Origin: Eledone cirrhosa
Taxonomy: Eukaryota
Length of the DNA: 64,000 nucleotides
NCBI GenBank assembly: GCA_964016885.1
Contig: OZ024742.1
Coordinates: forward strand, 108,004,001 to 108,068,000
Direction: 5' to 3'
Below the pieces are notes generated by a model. The model was not told where the DNA came from. It saw only the letters and a list, made by a program, of their open reading frames with translations, and searched no databases. Both the position numbers and the translations under genes were made by a program. Positions 1-11,631 of the stretch are shown piece after piece. Numbering within the stretch: the stretch's first letter is position 1; every line of letters starts with the position of its first letter.

Positions 1-478
1 GATGCACTTGGTTCAGTGGTCCACAACCTCGCGTATTCCCTCCAAGAAGATTTTCGGTTGGTTGTGCAACCATTTATGCACCGCTCCTTGCAATTCGTGA
101 TAACTCGCCGGTTCGTCATTACCACCTCTCGTCAGTGGTTGAGGTTGACGGATATTCTGCGCCTTCTTCCTGCGCCACGCCTGTCCGACCACTTTCAAAC
201 TCCTCGATTAACTTATACACTCTTTTATGCGGCAGTTCCTTGTCACCCTATTGTGTTAAAAGTCTCCGGTGAATTTCAGCCTCTGACACACCTTCCAACC
301 AGAGAAATTGGATCACTGCACTTTGTTCTTCCTTGGTGCGCACAGCTAGCGGAGTGGCCATGTTTATACTGAAACAACAACAAGAGAACTGGCGCGATCA
401 AGCTGAAACTTTGATCACGTGATCATAATGGTACCAACTATAAGCGCGCATGAGCGGATAACTTTTGACTTACCCTCG
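1..478 (-). mobile_element. Internally deleted mariner transposon, runs off the window start
   Basis: TIR ...CTTACCCTCG followed by TA at 479-480. Minus strand from ATG 361 reads MATPLAVRTKEEQSAVIQFLWLEGVSEAEIHRRL (mariner N-terminus), joined to the C-terminal ELQGAVHKWLHNQPK motif. Confidence 0.8.
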
Positions 479-484
479 TATATA

Positions 485-721
485 TGATGGCTGCAACTCG
501 AATTCGAATAATGCCATCGCTTGATACTTAAGCATGAGCAACACGGATAGGGACTTGCCTATGGCCAGCAATACCATGTGCAATGCCTGTACTTGAAGCT
601 TTTTTTAAGTGAAGAAAGGCTCTACACGGGGCCAATCCCACTCTCTGAATGCATTTGAACATCGAATGCATTTGCCCCAAAAAGAACTTGTCTACATTAT
701 TGGATGCAAACGAAGTCGCAG

Positions 722-729
<8 letters not shown>
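485..729 (-). mobile_element. Non-autonomous RTE-derived element, family 2 (degraded)
   Basis: Reverse complement matches 8320-8601 (AAAACCTG-GACTTCGTTTGCAT...AAGTATCAAGCGATGG...TTGCAGCCATCA). Confidence 0.75.
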
Positions 730-760
<31 letters not shown>

Positions 761-763
<3 letters not shown>

Positions 764-864
764 GCTTCTACAGGACTAGAACTGTTTCATTCGGGAGAAA
801 TCATCATGAATTTGTATTGAGTAACTAACTTACTGTGGTTACCCCCGATTGAACCCGGGATAAA

Positions 865-865
<1 letters not shown>
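761..865. mobile_element. Penelope-like terminus, family A, with an inversion, inside (TA)n
   Basis: 761-810 is the reverse complement of the hammerhead at 60104-60154; 813-865 matches the forward 3' end at 60185-60238. (TA)n on both sides. Confidence 0.75.
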
Positions 866-866
<1 letters not shown>

Positions 867-918
<52 letters not shown>

Positions 919-940
919 CGTATTTATATATATATATATG

Positions 941-998
<58 letters not shown>

Positions 999-1009
999 TA
1001 TATATATAT
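867..1009. repeat. (TA)n microsatellite, representative of dozens of (TA)n, (CA)n, (GA)n, (TATG)n and (ATT)n tracts in the window
   Basis: Direct reading; these tracts generate most of the YIYI/THTH/CVCV ORFs. Confidence 0.98.
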
Positions 1010-1327
1010 TTTTTGTCGATCGACTTTCGTCAAATCGGACCGAGAAAACAATGTTTCCGCTGGTCTTTCCAATTGCTAATACTATCTATCGGTCGCAACT
1101 CCACGTAGAAGGAGCAACGTGAAATAAAGTGTCTTGCTCAAGGACATAACGCACCGCCCGGTCCAGGAATCGAACTGACACACTGGGTTGAGATACCTTG
1201 TCTTTAATGCGTAAAAATATCCATGATGCCCAGCAGACTACTGATGAAGGAAAATGTCCTCTTATTTATAAGTACACCTTATCCAGCAACTACACAGCCT
1301 CTGTTTCTCCTGCCCCCCCCCCCCACA

Positions 1328-1452
<125 letters not shown>

Positions 1453-1779
1453 TTCTAGCAGATCCTTCCAACGGTAACCTGCCACTCCATATCAGCACTA
1501 CTAACTGACTTCTGCAGCCATTACTAGCGTAGACCAGTCAGACAAATACAATACCGTCTACTCAATGTGTTCACGTGATATATACGGGCTTTGTATGATT
1601 CTTATTGATTGCTCTCTCTTCAGTTACTTCATTAGCATTTGAAGCAAGTACAGACACACACACACATATATACATATATTGGCACCTATACATATATACA
1701 CACCACACACAGGCAGACACAGATACAGACCCCCCCCCCCCCCCCCCCCACACACACACACCCACTCACCCCACACACA

Positions 1780-1897
<118 letters not shown>

Positions 1898-2007
1898 GTT
1901 CGAAGGCCTGGAAAAACGAAAATCAGGATTACACTCGAGATTAAATTGCAGATTAGATACAGAAATATGATATACTAGTTTTCAATAAATCCAACCGTAA
2001 GCACAAT

Positions 2008-2154
<147 letters not shown>

Positions 2155-2223
2155 GAGAGAGAGAGAGAGAGAGAAAGAGAATATAAAATCGTAGTAATCT
2201 CAAACGTGGAAGTGTATGTACGC

Positions 2224-2313
<90 letters not shown>

Positions 2314-2438
2314 TGCTCCATGTAATAAATATATATTATTCTTGCCTCTATTCGCTATATATTTTCTCTGGTACTCATCCTTATTGAGTATTATATATAA
2401 CGTTCACACACAGAACTCATGGAAACAAACAATAATGA

Positions 2439-2753
2439 TGGTTGCATAATAATATAATTATTATGCCCATTCATCAACAATACATTAAATATTGCATTTC
2501 TTAAAAAAAATGTCAAAAAGATTTCAAAGTACGAGGTAGGTTTGTCGCATCCTGCAGTAAAAATATTTCTACTGCTATCCGCTCTGAATAAAAGGCAACT
2601 GGACCAACTGCGGACAGCAGTAGAAATATTTTTACTGCAGGATGCGACAAACTCACCTAGTACTTTGAAATCTTTTTGAAATCTTTCTGAAGAAATGCAA
2701 TATTTAATGTATTGTTGATGAATGGGTATAATAATTATATTATTATGCAACCA
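2439..2753. repeat. Fold-back inverted repeat, arms about 144 bp, loop about 27 bp
   Basis: 2439-2582 is the near-perfect reverse complement of 2610-2753. Confidence 0.9.
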
Positions 2754-3098
2754 ACACTCGTAGACTTATATTGTATTGAAACATATGTTAAAGAATGAAC
2801 TTTTGATAAAATTCTTCACTATTTTCTATACTGCACGCCTAGTGTTTGTTTTTCCTATACATTTAAAAATATTATTACTCCATGATCTTCCACCTGGATA
2901 CTGTAATTTGATCCCTCTTTTTGGACTATTACTGTAAGCTACAAGGAACCTGTTGAGAAAAAATACTTTAGTAAGCAATCTTACTTGTTTTATTTTTGTT
3001 TGTACACTGATTTACACAAACAAACTTTACTCGTACATATATTCATATATATATATACATATATATATATATAAATATATACACCCACATGCACACGC

Positions 3099-3164
<66 letters not shown>

Positions 3165-3423
3165 GTGTGAGTGTGGGTGTGTGTATGAAATAAACGTTAA
3201 GACAGAAGTTACATAATCATATTTATTATTATACGTATGTTTGTGACACCGGCATGGAGCTGTTGTGCGATTATAACAACAGTGACCTGCACCCGTATGA
3301 CGTCATCAAATGTTAACACAAGTATGTTGTTGGCTAACGCAACCATGTTTAACAAAGTAAGGAGAACATAATTGTGTTGCATAGTCTGCAACCTTTCAGC
3401 CCATTTATATATGGTCGAGAAGA

Positions 3424-3530
3424 TTGTTCAAGTATCTGCCATTTAAAAGGAATACCACTAATTTGGCGAACGAAATATGGCAGCTGAAAGACAAGAACAT
3501 AGATTTCTCTCATAAATGGTTAATTGTTTT
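3424..3530 (+). mobile_element. Penelope-like GIY-YIG endonuclease fragment
   Basis: Translation TTNLANEIWQLKDKNIDFSHKWLI resembles the T.LS..IW.LK......I.W.I segment of PLE endonucleases. Confidence 0.55.
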
Positions 3531-5249
3531 ATTTGATTATTTAAAAGATATTCTCTTTGGAAGCATAATGTTTTCATGGACCCCTAAAATACTATTGTGG
3601 ACCCCAATTTACTATTTTTTTGCGTGGACCCTAACATTCTTATATGGAACCCGGTTGAAAAGCACTGCTATGGACGATAAACGAATCTTGACTTTTATAA
3701 TGAGAATATCAGGGAGATTCAACCTGATATAGCGCATTCCATCGTGTATTGTGGTGAAAGTCGTTGAACATTTCATACATACGTGTAACATTAACGCAAT
3801 CCCCAGAGAGATTCAACGCGACACAGTCTGTGACAAGGATGGCCCTTTGAGTTATAGGTACAACCCATCTGGTATGATAGTGTAAATCACTGTGTATTCC
3901 ACAGGCACGTGTACAATTAATGCAATCCTTAAATAGATTCAGTCCGGCACAGTATGTCACAAGGCTGGCCCTTTGAATTACAGGTACAATATACTATTAG
4001 TTCGAATGTAAATTATCATAGAACAAATACGTGTATGATCATTCCGATACGGTTCTCGCCTTTAACGAAATATATATTAACTAGATGGAGGAACGTTTGA
4101 AGTAGAAGTTTATATCCACAGGCTAGCTTGGTGATTTCCTTAATCATAATGCGTGGATGTGTTATGCCAAATTTTTTGAATTGTTAATCATAAATATTTG
4201 ATTATGCTGAATCCAACTTGTAACTATGTTTCGAGATAAAATTGAAAGAAAATGTTAGTAATTTTGAATGTATATCCACATGGCAATAATCCAACTTAGA
4301 CTCCTATCTACTTTTGTTCGGCTTCAACATCTCACAACAAAATAAACCATCCATTACAACTGAAACATGATAACTAGCAATATAGAACAATTGATCTATG
4401 GAAAAAAACAAATGAAATGAAATTTGCAGTTCACACAATATAGGTTAGCTGGCTAGGTGGTTTCGTATGTGTTTAACGATAGGGGTCCCAGTTTTATCAT
4501 GTTATTTTATTCAATAAGGAGTTTCTTGAGTGTTTAATGATAGAGCTCCAAGTATTGAAAAGCAAAGCGAAATGAAGTGTTTAGTCAGATACGAACCGAC
4601 GATCTTATCATGTGAATCCAACACTCTAACCTCTAGGCTACGAGCCTTCACTATATGATTTATGCTACGCTATGTTTCAGCATTATTTCGTTGTTTTTTA
4701 ATAATTTGTTTTGTTTTGAAATATTTTAAAGAAGTAGTATGGTGAAGATATTAGACTTGTGTACCCATACCGTCAATAATGACGGCAATACCATTGAAAG
4801 TATTTAATGTTTGGTGTTCGGTACTGGCATGCCATATACGCCAGCATTTCCTAAAGTACCAATAATCAAACAGTGGGAAATTTTCATTTTGATATATCAA
4901 ATGGTTTGCACAAGATAAACCCTAGATTTATGTTAATTTCTGACACGCGGAAGTGATTAAATAATGTATATTCTAGGATATAATTACATAAATGTTCAGC
5001 ATATATGTACAGTTGACGCACAGGATTAAATGTATGAGTAAATTTGGAGAAATAACTATTTACAGGGACAAATATTGGAATAGAACCCTGGACATTGTGA
5101 CTGGAAAGCGAACTTCTTAATTTAGCAACAGGATTGAGATAAGAAATGCGCTGTGTGTGCAAGTTTTAAAGAGCTTCAGACACACACACAGACACACACA
5201 TACGCACACAGACACACACACAGACACACACACACTGACACACACACAG

Positions 5250-5340
<91 letters not shown>

Positions 5341-5934
5341 AACAAATGGTGTAATATTACGGTTGTTCTTTAATTAAATACGAACCTTCCGCTAATAATA
5401 AGGAATGCATTATTAACTCTAATGACAAAAACATCTAATGGAATTGTAATTGGTGTACATGACTTTCAGAGCCACCTTTAACTTGGTGTTAACTATATTT
5501 GTTGATCCAGTGTATAGTTGGGTGTACTATCGATATTATTGGTATCTAAGTCTTCTATACCGACAGACGATGACTTTGTCAACATTTAATGTAGATCTTT
5601 TTCATTACAATAATGTTGCTCTAAATTATTCCCATTGAAGAAAAATTGTGAAGGAAAATTATGTTTTTTTTTTGGATGAATCGTCAGACGTACGCAGAGG
5701 GAGTTAGATGAAAGATAATTAGAACTTTCTTGAACTAGAAGTTTCTCGAAATAATACACAGAGAATATATTGGTTATTGTTGTTATTGATGTTAAATTTA
5801 CGTAATTGCTGTAGCACAAATACCAAGACACCAACTTGATATCTATTTTTCGTTGCTGTTGCGTATGGATATCCGTCAGTTCCAGCGATGAATATTTAAG
5901 TTGTTCGAACAACGGATCAATTTCATTGTGAAAA

Positions 5935-6185
5935 TAACGTGGAAATGGTTGTGCATTTAACAGACACGTGTATCATCAACGCAGTTCTTAGGGAAATTTA
6001 GCCTGATACAGTGTGTGACATGACTAACCTATTTGAATTACAGGTTTAACTTATTTTCCCCAGCTGAGCAGACTGGATTAACGTGAAATAAAATATGTCA
6101 CTCACGGACTTAATGTGCTGCCGGAAATCGAACTCATGAACTTGTGGTAATAAGCCAAGCGCCCTAACCAGGAAACCACGCACCT
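5935..6185 (-). mobile_element. tRNA-derived SINE, second family (degraded)
   Basis: On the minus strand: TGGTTAGGGCGCTTGGCT...GAGTTCGATTTCC head followed by a body also seen near 18716-18850, 26520-26720 and 54500-54755. Confidence 0.6.
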
Positions 6186-6283
6186 TTATTAGTAGTTTGA
6201 CTATCTCCTTTCAGAGATCAACTCTGCAGAGATTAACTTCTCTTTTCACTCCTCCTGCATCTTGACGATAAGTGCAAAATATA

Positions 6284-6498
6284 CGAGGGTGAGCTGAAAA
6301 GTTCTTAGGCTGATTATGAAGAAATGATGTTAGGGCCGTGAAATCTTGTATGCATTAATTTCAACCCTTCTTATTAATAACTGCATTGTTTCTTTCCAGG
6401 GACTATGTTATAAAAATAAACCTCATTTCTTTATTCCATGAGAGTATGTTGGTCAGCCTATTAACTTTTCAGCCTATGAACCTTTCAGCCTACCCTCG
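6284..6498. mobile_element. Mariner-type MITE
   Basis: TA|CGAGGGTGAGCTGAAAAGTTC ... TTTCAGCCTACCCTCG|TA terminal inverted repeats with TA duplication; related copy at 39529-39726. Confidence 0.85.
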
Positions 6499-6635
6499 TA
6501 TATGGAGAGATGCATGGATGGATTGATATAGGTATATGTGTAGGTGTGCATATATGTATTTATGTATGGATGTATATAAGCATACATATTCTTTTGGTCT
6601 TATTTTTGTCACAAAGAGGGAGAGAAAGAAAGAGT

Positions 6636-6675
<40 letters not shown>

Positions 6676-7148
6676 GAGAAAGATAGAGAGACAGAAAGAA
6701 GTAGCCTTTTTATTGAAAGTAATTATTTACGTCTCTTTGCATGTTTGTGTGCAAGTATGTATATCACTGCATGTGTTTCTATATCTCTATATGTGTATAT
6801 GTAATTATTGCATGCTAAACTTCTGGAATGTTTTATATAATTTTACAGTTCCATTAATAGATTTGTGCTGAGGCAGTAAGTAAACTATCCAAGTGCTTTG
6901 ATGATCACAATTATAAATCTAAAACCATAGCCGGTATGAAATATCTGCATATTCTCCCATTAGTTCGGCATAGGTATTCTCATTGTACCTAAACTTTAAC
7001 ACTATATTAACCTCAGCTGGGCTGCTGATTTCCACCTCTGTACATGTCTTTACTCTGTCCCATATTATGTATGTATGTATGTATGTATGTATGTATGTAT
7101 GTATGTATGTATGTATGTATGTATGTATGTATGTATGTATGTATGTAT

Positions 7149-7540
7149 GCCTTTGTCAAGGCAGAATTCTAGGAGAAGGAAAACTCTGATATAACACCTG
7201 CAACCCTGATGGTATCCAATGATGTTGACTTGTTCTTCTTTTTGGTAAATATCATCTTGGTTAAGAGAGTGGGACTGGCTTTGTGCAGTGCCTTTGCTCA
7301 CTATAAAAGCTTCACGGCACAGGCATTGCTTTATATCTGGAGATCTCTCTGCACTTGTCCTCACATGGTACCATGGGCCCAGTACTATGTGTCAATAATT
7401 GTCACAAGTGTAGTGTTTGTACCAGAGTTTTCAAGTCGTTGGCTGGACTAAAAAGTCACACTCGTTCAGCACATCGGTAGGGGTTCTCCTACATGGATAT
7501 AAAGTAGTGGCCGTACTCGAAAACGAGTTGGCAGCCACCA
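7149..7540 (+). mobile_element. Bipartite non-autonomous RTE-derived element, family 1 (5'-truncated)
   Basis: 5' part resembles the RTE 5' UTR at 11706-11910; 3' part encodes CSVCTRVFKSLAGLKSH, then a CTCG-AAAA-CGAG stem-loop and (TATG)n tail. Confidence 0.85.
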
Positions 7541-7578
7541 TGTATGTATGTATGTATGTATGTATGTATGTATGTATG

Positions 7579-7612
<34 letters not shown>

Positions 7613-7702
7613 TTTATGTATGTATGTATGTATGTATGTATGTATGTATGTATGTATGTATGTATGTATGGACGTATGTATGTACGTATGTATGTATGTA
7701 TG

Positions 7703-8070
7703 TTCTTCTGGTTTTATAATTTCACAAATGTTTGCCAATAGAGAGAGTCGGCTTCTAGTATAGTTACAAGACTCTCTCACTGGAATTTCAAATCAACTAG
7801 GTAGATATGTCTGCATGAATGCATGTGTAGGTATGGGTGTTATTGTATGTGTGGATGTGTATGTTTTGAGTTGTATGTGTGCATATAGTGTGTATGTTGT
7901 ATATATGCACTTATTAGATGCAACATTTTTGGAATGTTTTACATATTTTTATTGTTCCATTAATGGATTGTACTTGTAATTTCCTAGCTAGTTGTGTTCT
8001 TTCTGTTCCTGTGAAGCCCAGTATTGAGGTAGTTACTAACATATCCCAGTGCCCCAATAATCACAGGCAT
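7703..8070 (-). mobile_element. 3' end copy of the R4/Dong-type element
   Basis: Closely matches 8699-9105; flanked by (TATG)n-like tracts. Confidence 0.85.
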
Positions 8071-8271
8071 TATCATGTATGTATGTGTGTATTATGTATG
8101 CATTATGTATGTATTATGTATGTGACATTTTTTGTGATGCATGGCTGGCCATAAGCAAGTCCCTAGCAGGACTAAAAATCCACGTCCGTGATGCGCATGC
8201 ATAAGTATCAAGCGATGACATTACTCGAAATCGAGTTGCAGCCATCATGTGTGTAAGATTTTTTTTATGAA

Positions 8272-8601
8272 GCGAGAGACTCCTAGGCTTCATTAAGATA
8301 TTTCTCTAGAAGGTCCCTCTGATATAAAACCTGTGACTTCGTTTGCATTCAATGATGTAGACCAGTACTACTTTTTGGGTAAATGCATTCGATGTTCCGA
8401 GAGTGAGACTGGCCCCATGTAAAGCTTTCCTCACATAAAAAAGCTTCAAGCACAGGCATCGCTTGCTATGTGATATTTTTTGCGATGCTTGGCATTGCTG
8501 GCCATAGGCAAGTTTTTAGCAGGACTAAAAACCCACGTCTGTGATGCTCATGTTTAAGTATCAAGCGATGGTATTACTCAAAATCGAATTGCAGACATCA
8601 T
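8272..8601 (+). mobile_element. Bipartite RTE-derived element, family 2 (a further 3' fragment lies at 8144-8249)
   Basis: Same layout as family 1 (AGAAGG...GATATAAAACCTG...AATGATGT...GAGAGTG..CACAGGCAT...stem-loop...CATCATGTA) with divergent sequence. Confidence 0.75.
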
Positions 8602-8698
8602 GTATCTATGTATGTATGTATGCATGCATGAGTTTATGTATTTATGTATGCATGCATGCATGTGTTTATGTATGTATGTAATTACATATGTATGTATG

Positions 8699-11186
8699 TT
8701 CTTCTGGTTTTATAATTTCACAAATGTTTGCCAATAGAGAGAGAGTCGGTTTCTAACATAGACACAAGACTCTCATTGGAATTTACACAACATCAACTAG
8801 ATAGATATGTATGTATGTATGCATGTGTAGATATGGATGTTATTGTATGTGTGGATGTGTATGTTTTGAGTTGTATGTGTGCATGTGTATATGCTTTGTA
8901 TCTGTACATGTGTATATGCAGTTATTAAATCCAACAGTTTTGGAATGTTTTACATATTTTTACTGTTTTACATATTTTTTTACATATTTTTACTTGTAAT
9001 TTCCTAACTAGTTGTGTTTTTTCTGTTCCCGCGAAGCCCAGCTTCTCAAGATTTGTATTGAGGCAGTTACTAACATATCCCAGTGCCCCAATAATCACAG
9101 GCATAAATCTGAAGGCATAGTCAGGGTGGAGTATCTGCAGATTTCTCATCAGTTAAATAAATATTCTCCTTTTCGCTAATCTTTGATATTATATTGGCAT
9201 CTGCTGGGCAGCTAACTTCCACTACTGTGCATGTCTTCTTTTTCCTGTGCCATATCATAATATCTGGTCTGTTATGCCTGCATTTTATTGGGGTTTTTAC
9301 TGGAACATTCCACCAGTACTCTTTCATATTATGTACATGGATGTCTTCCATGTTTATTATCGGGGCTATCTTTTTTACGAACTGCATTGTACAGTGTTTT
9401 GACGACTACATCATGCCTCATAGGTAGATAGTACCGCGATGACATCTTTGGACAGCTGTTGATGGCATGGGTGATATCCTCGATGTTAGTTCTGCAGAGT
9501 CTGCACTTGTTATCACACCTAGGTGTTTTGTATGCATCCCTATCTCTTTTGTGAATCAAGTATTTCGTGTTAATCTCCTGTTCTTGGATTGCAAAAGCGT
9601 ATCCTTCAAAGTGGGAGCCAATATAGCGGTTGTTGGTCCAAGATAGACTACTTTCCTTATCTATACTACTCTCACTCTGGAGCTTCCTGGCAACATATCC
9701 ATGCATGATCTATTGCTGATAAGCATGCAGTTTTTCATCCATGGATTCACTGCGATACTGCTGAGCGACATCCGTGGGTGTGAGTTTTTGATTATCACCC
9801 AGGGAATATCTCTCGAGGAGTTCCTTCCCAACTCTCATGATCTTATCTGTTTCATGCAGATAGACTTGCTCGAGAAACGGGCTCCTACGCTTCGAGGTTC
9901 GTAGATGTTGTCGGAGAGATATGATGCGACATTCAAATGTTGTCGGGACTGATGTTAGGCCTCTACCTCCCTTCTTACGTTTCAAATAAAGGCGGTCTAT
10001 GTCACTGTTGATGTGGAAGTTTCCGGTGTTCTTTAGTATTTTTCGAGTTCCAACATCAACTGCTCAGATTTCGTCTATCGTCCAATTGAGTATTCCAAAC
10101 GTTGGTGTTAGGACAGGCACAGCAAACACATTGTGAGCCACTGTTTTGTTTTGCGCATAGAGTTCCGATGACCAGATCTTTCTTAATCGGGTGTAGTATT
10201 CCCTGGTTACGCGTTCTTTATTACAGATACCATTATAGGATATGTTCTCATCTATCCCCAAGTATCTGTAGCAGTCTTCATCAGATATCGGTGAAACAGT
10301 TAGGCCATTGATGACAACGTTGCTAGATTGGGTTGTTGTTTTCCCCGCTTTACAGTAATGTATGAGCATTTATATTGGCCAAACTCCATTCCTATATCCT
10401 TTGAGAACGTTGTAAATAGGTCAAGATTTTTCTTCATGCCATCCATCTTCCTGGCATAGAGTTTCAGATCGTCCACAAAGAAATTATGGGTTAGGTTCGT
10501 ATTTCTGTCCTCCTGTGAGCCAATGATGTATCCCTCACATTTCTTAAGTAGAAAGGACAAGGGGTTTAATGACAAGATGAATAATATCGCAGAGACTGTC
10601 CCCCTGAAATATACCCCTGCAATATTTTATTTTATCAGTGAAAATAGAGTCCTCCCTCTCTGTCTTTAACCTTAGGATAGTAGCCTCTCTATAACTCTGA
10701 CAATAATGTCTGGGACTTTAGCAAGTTGGAGGGCCTCTATCATCCAAGAGTGGGGAACAGAATCGAAAGCTTTCCTGTAGTCCAGCCAGACTGTAGCCAT
10801 ATTCCTCTTAAGTTGTCGCACCTCCGACATCGCAGTTTTGTTGATTAGGAGTTGTTCAGCACATCCCCAAACCTCTTTCTTTCCAGCTGCTTGTTCATCT
10901 GTGATGATGTTATTATTTTCACAGTGATCTTGGAGGAATAGTTTCAGGCAGGCTGTATACATCTTATACATCAGGTTCTGGCATGCAATGGGTCGGTAGT
11001 TTTTTGCCAAGTGGGTGTCTTTGTTCCTGGAGACCAGTAATGTTTGTGCTAATGTCAACCATTCTGGTATAAGTGTATCTCCCTTAAGAACTTGTTGGTA
11101 GAGGTCAGTAAGATACCTCCAATAGAATATCAGTTTTTTGTACCAGTAGCCGATAATCATTTCTCTTCCTGGTGTTTTCTTATCTT
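8699..11186 (-). mobile_element. 5'-truncated R4/Dong-clade non-LTR retrotransposon (RT, CCHC finger, restriction-like endonuclease), frameshifted
   Basis: Minus-strand ORF pieces: YRPIACQN, WLDYRKAFDSVPHSW, RGIFQGDS, FFVDDLKLY, AIQEQEINT, CRLC..EDITHAINSC, MRHD, RPDIMIW..VVEVSCP, PVIIGALG. Both ends lie in (TACA)n. Confidence 0.9.
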
Positions 11187-11418
11187 GTATGTATGTATGT
11201 ATGTATGTATGTATGTATGTATGTATGTATGTATGTATGTATGTATGTATGTATGTATGTATGTATGCAGGATTTGAGCTCAGAGCATGGAGAGCCGTGA
11301 CTCTATGCTGTAAAGCAATTATAATAATACTGGACTCTAGTACGATCGGCTTCAACTATACAAACTCTTGAAAGTCAACAGTTGACATAATCTTGTAATC
11401 TTGTATCAGTAATGACGG

Positions 11419-11483
<65 letters not shown>

Positions 11484-11631
11484 TATATATGTGTGTGTGT
11501 GTGTAAGTGAGTAGAGTAGCGTGTGTGTGTTTGTTTGTATGTATGAGTGTTGCTGTGTGCGCGAATATGTATGCGTGTGTGTGTGTCGTACGTATAAGTG
11601 TCAATAAGTGATTTTTTTTTTTTTTTTTTTT

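Noticed and set aside
1244-1295. Hammerhead at CTGATGAAGG
   Set aside because: The GAAA box is missing; probably a decayed PLE terminus. The same applies to 11340-11412, 31344-31370 and 50415-50456.
7209-7451. Recurrent 80-aa ORF MVSNDVDLFFFLVN... in five copies
   Set aside because: It spans RTE 5' UTR-derived sequence in young, near-identical copies; recurrence reflects recent amplification, not protein conservation.
10672-11355. 227-aa ORF with a YIHT repeat N-terminus as a novel fusion protein
   Set aside because: Read-through from flanking (TACA)n into the 5'-truncated R4-type RT.
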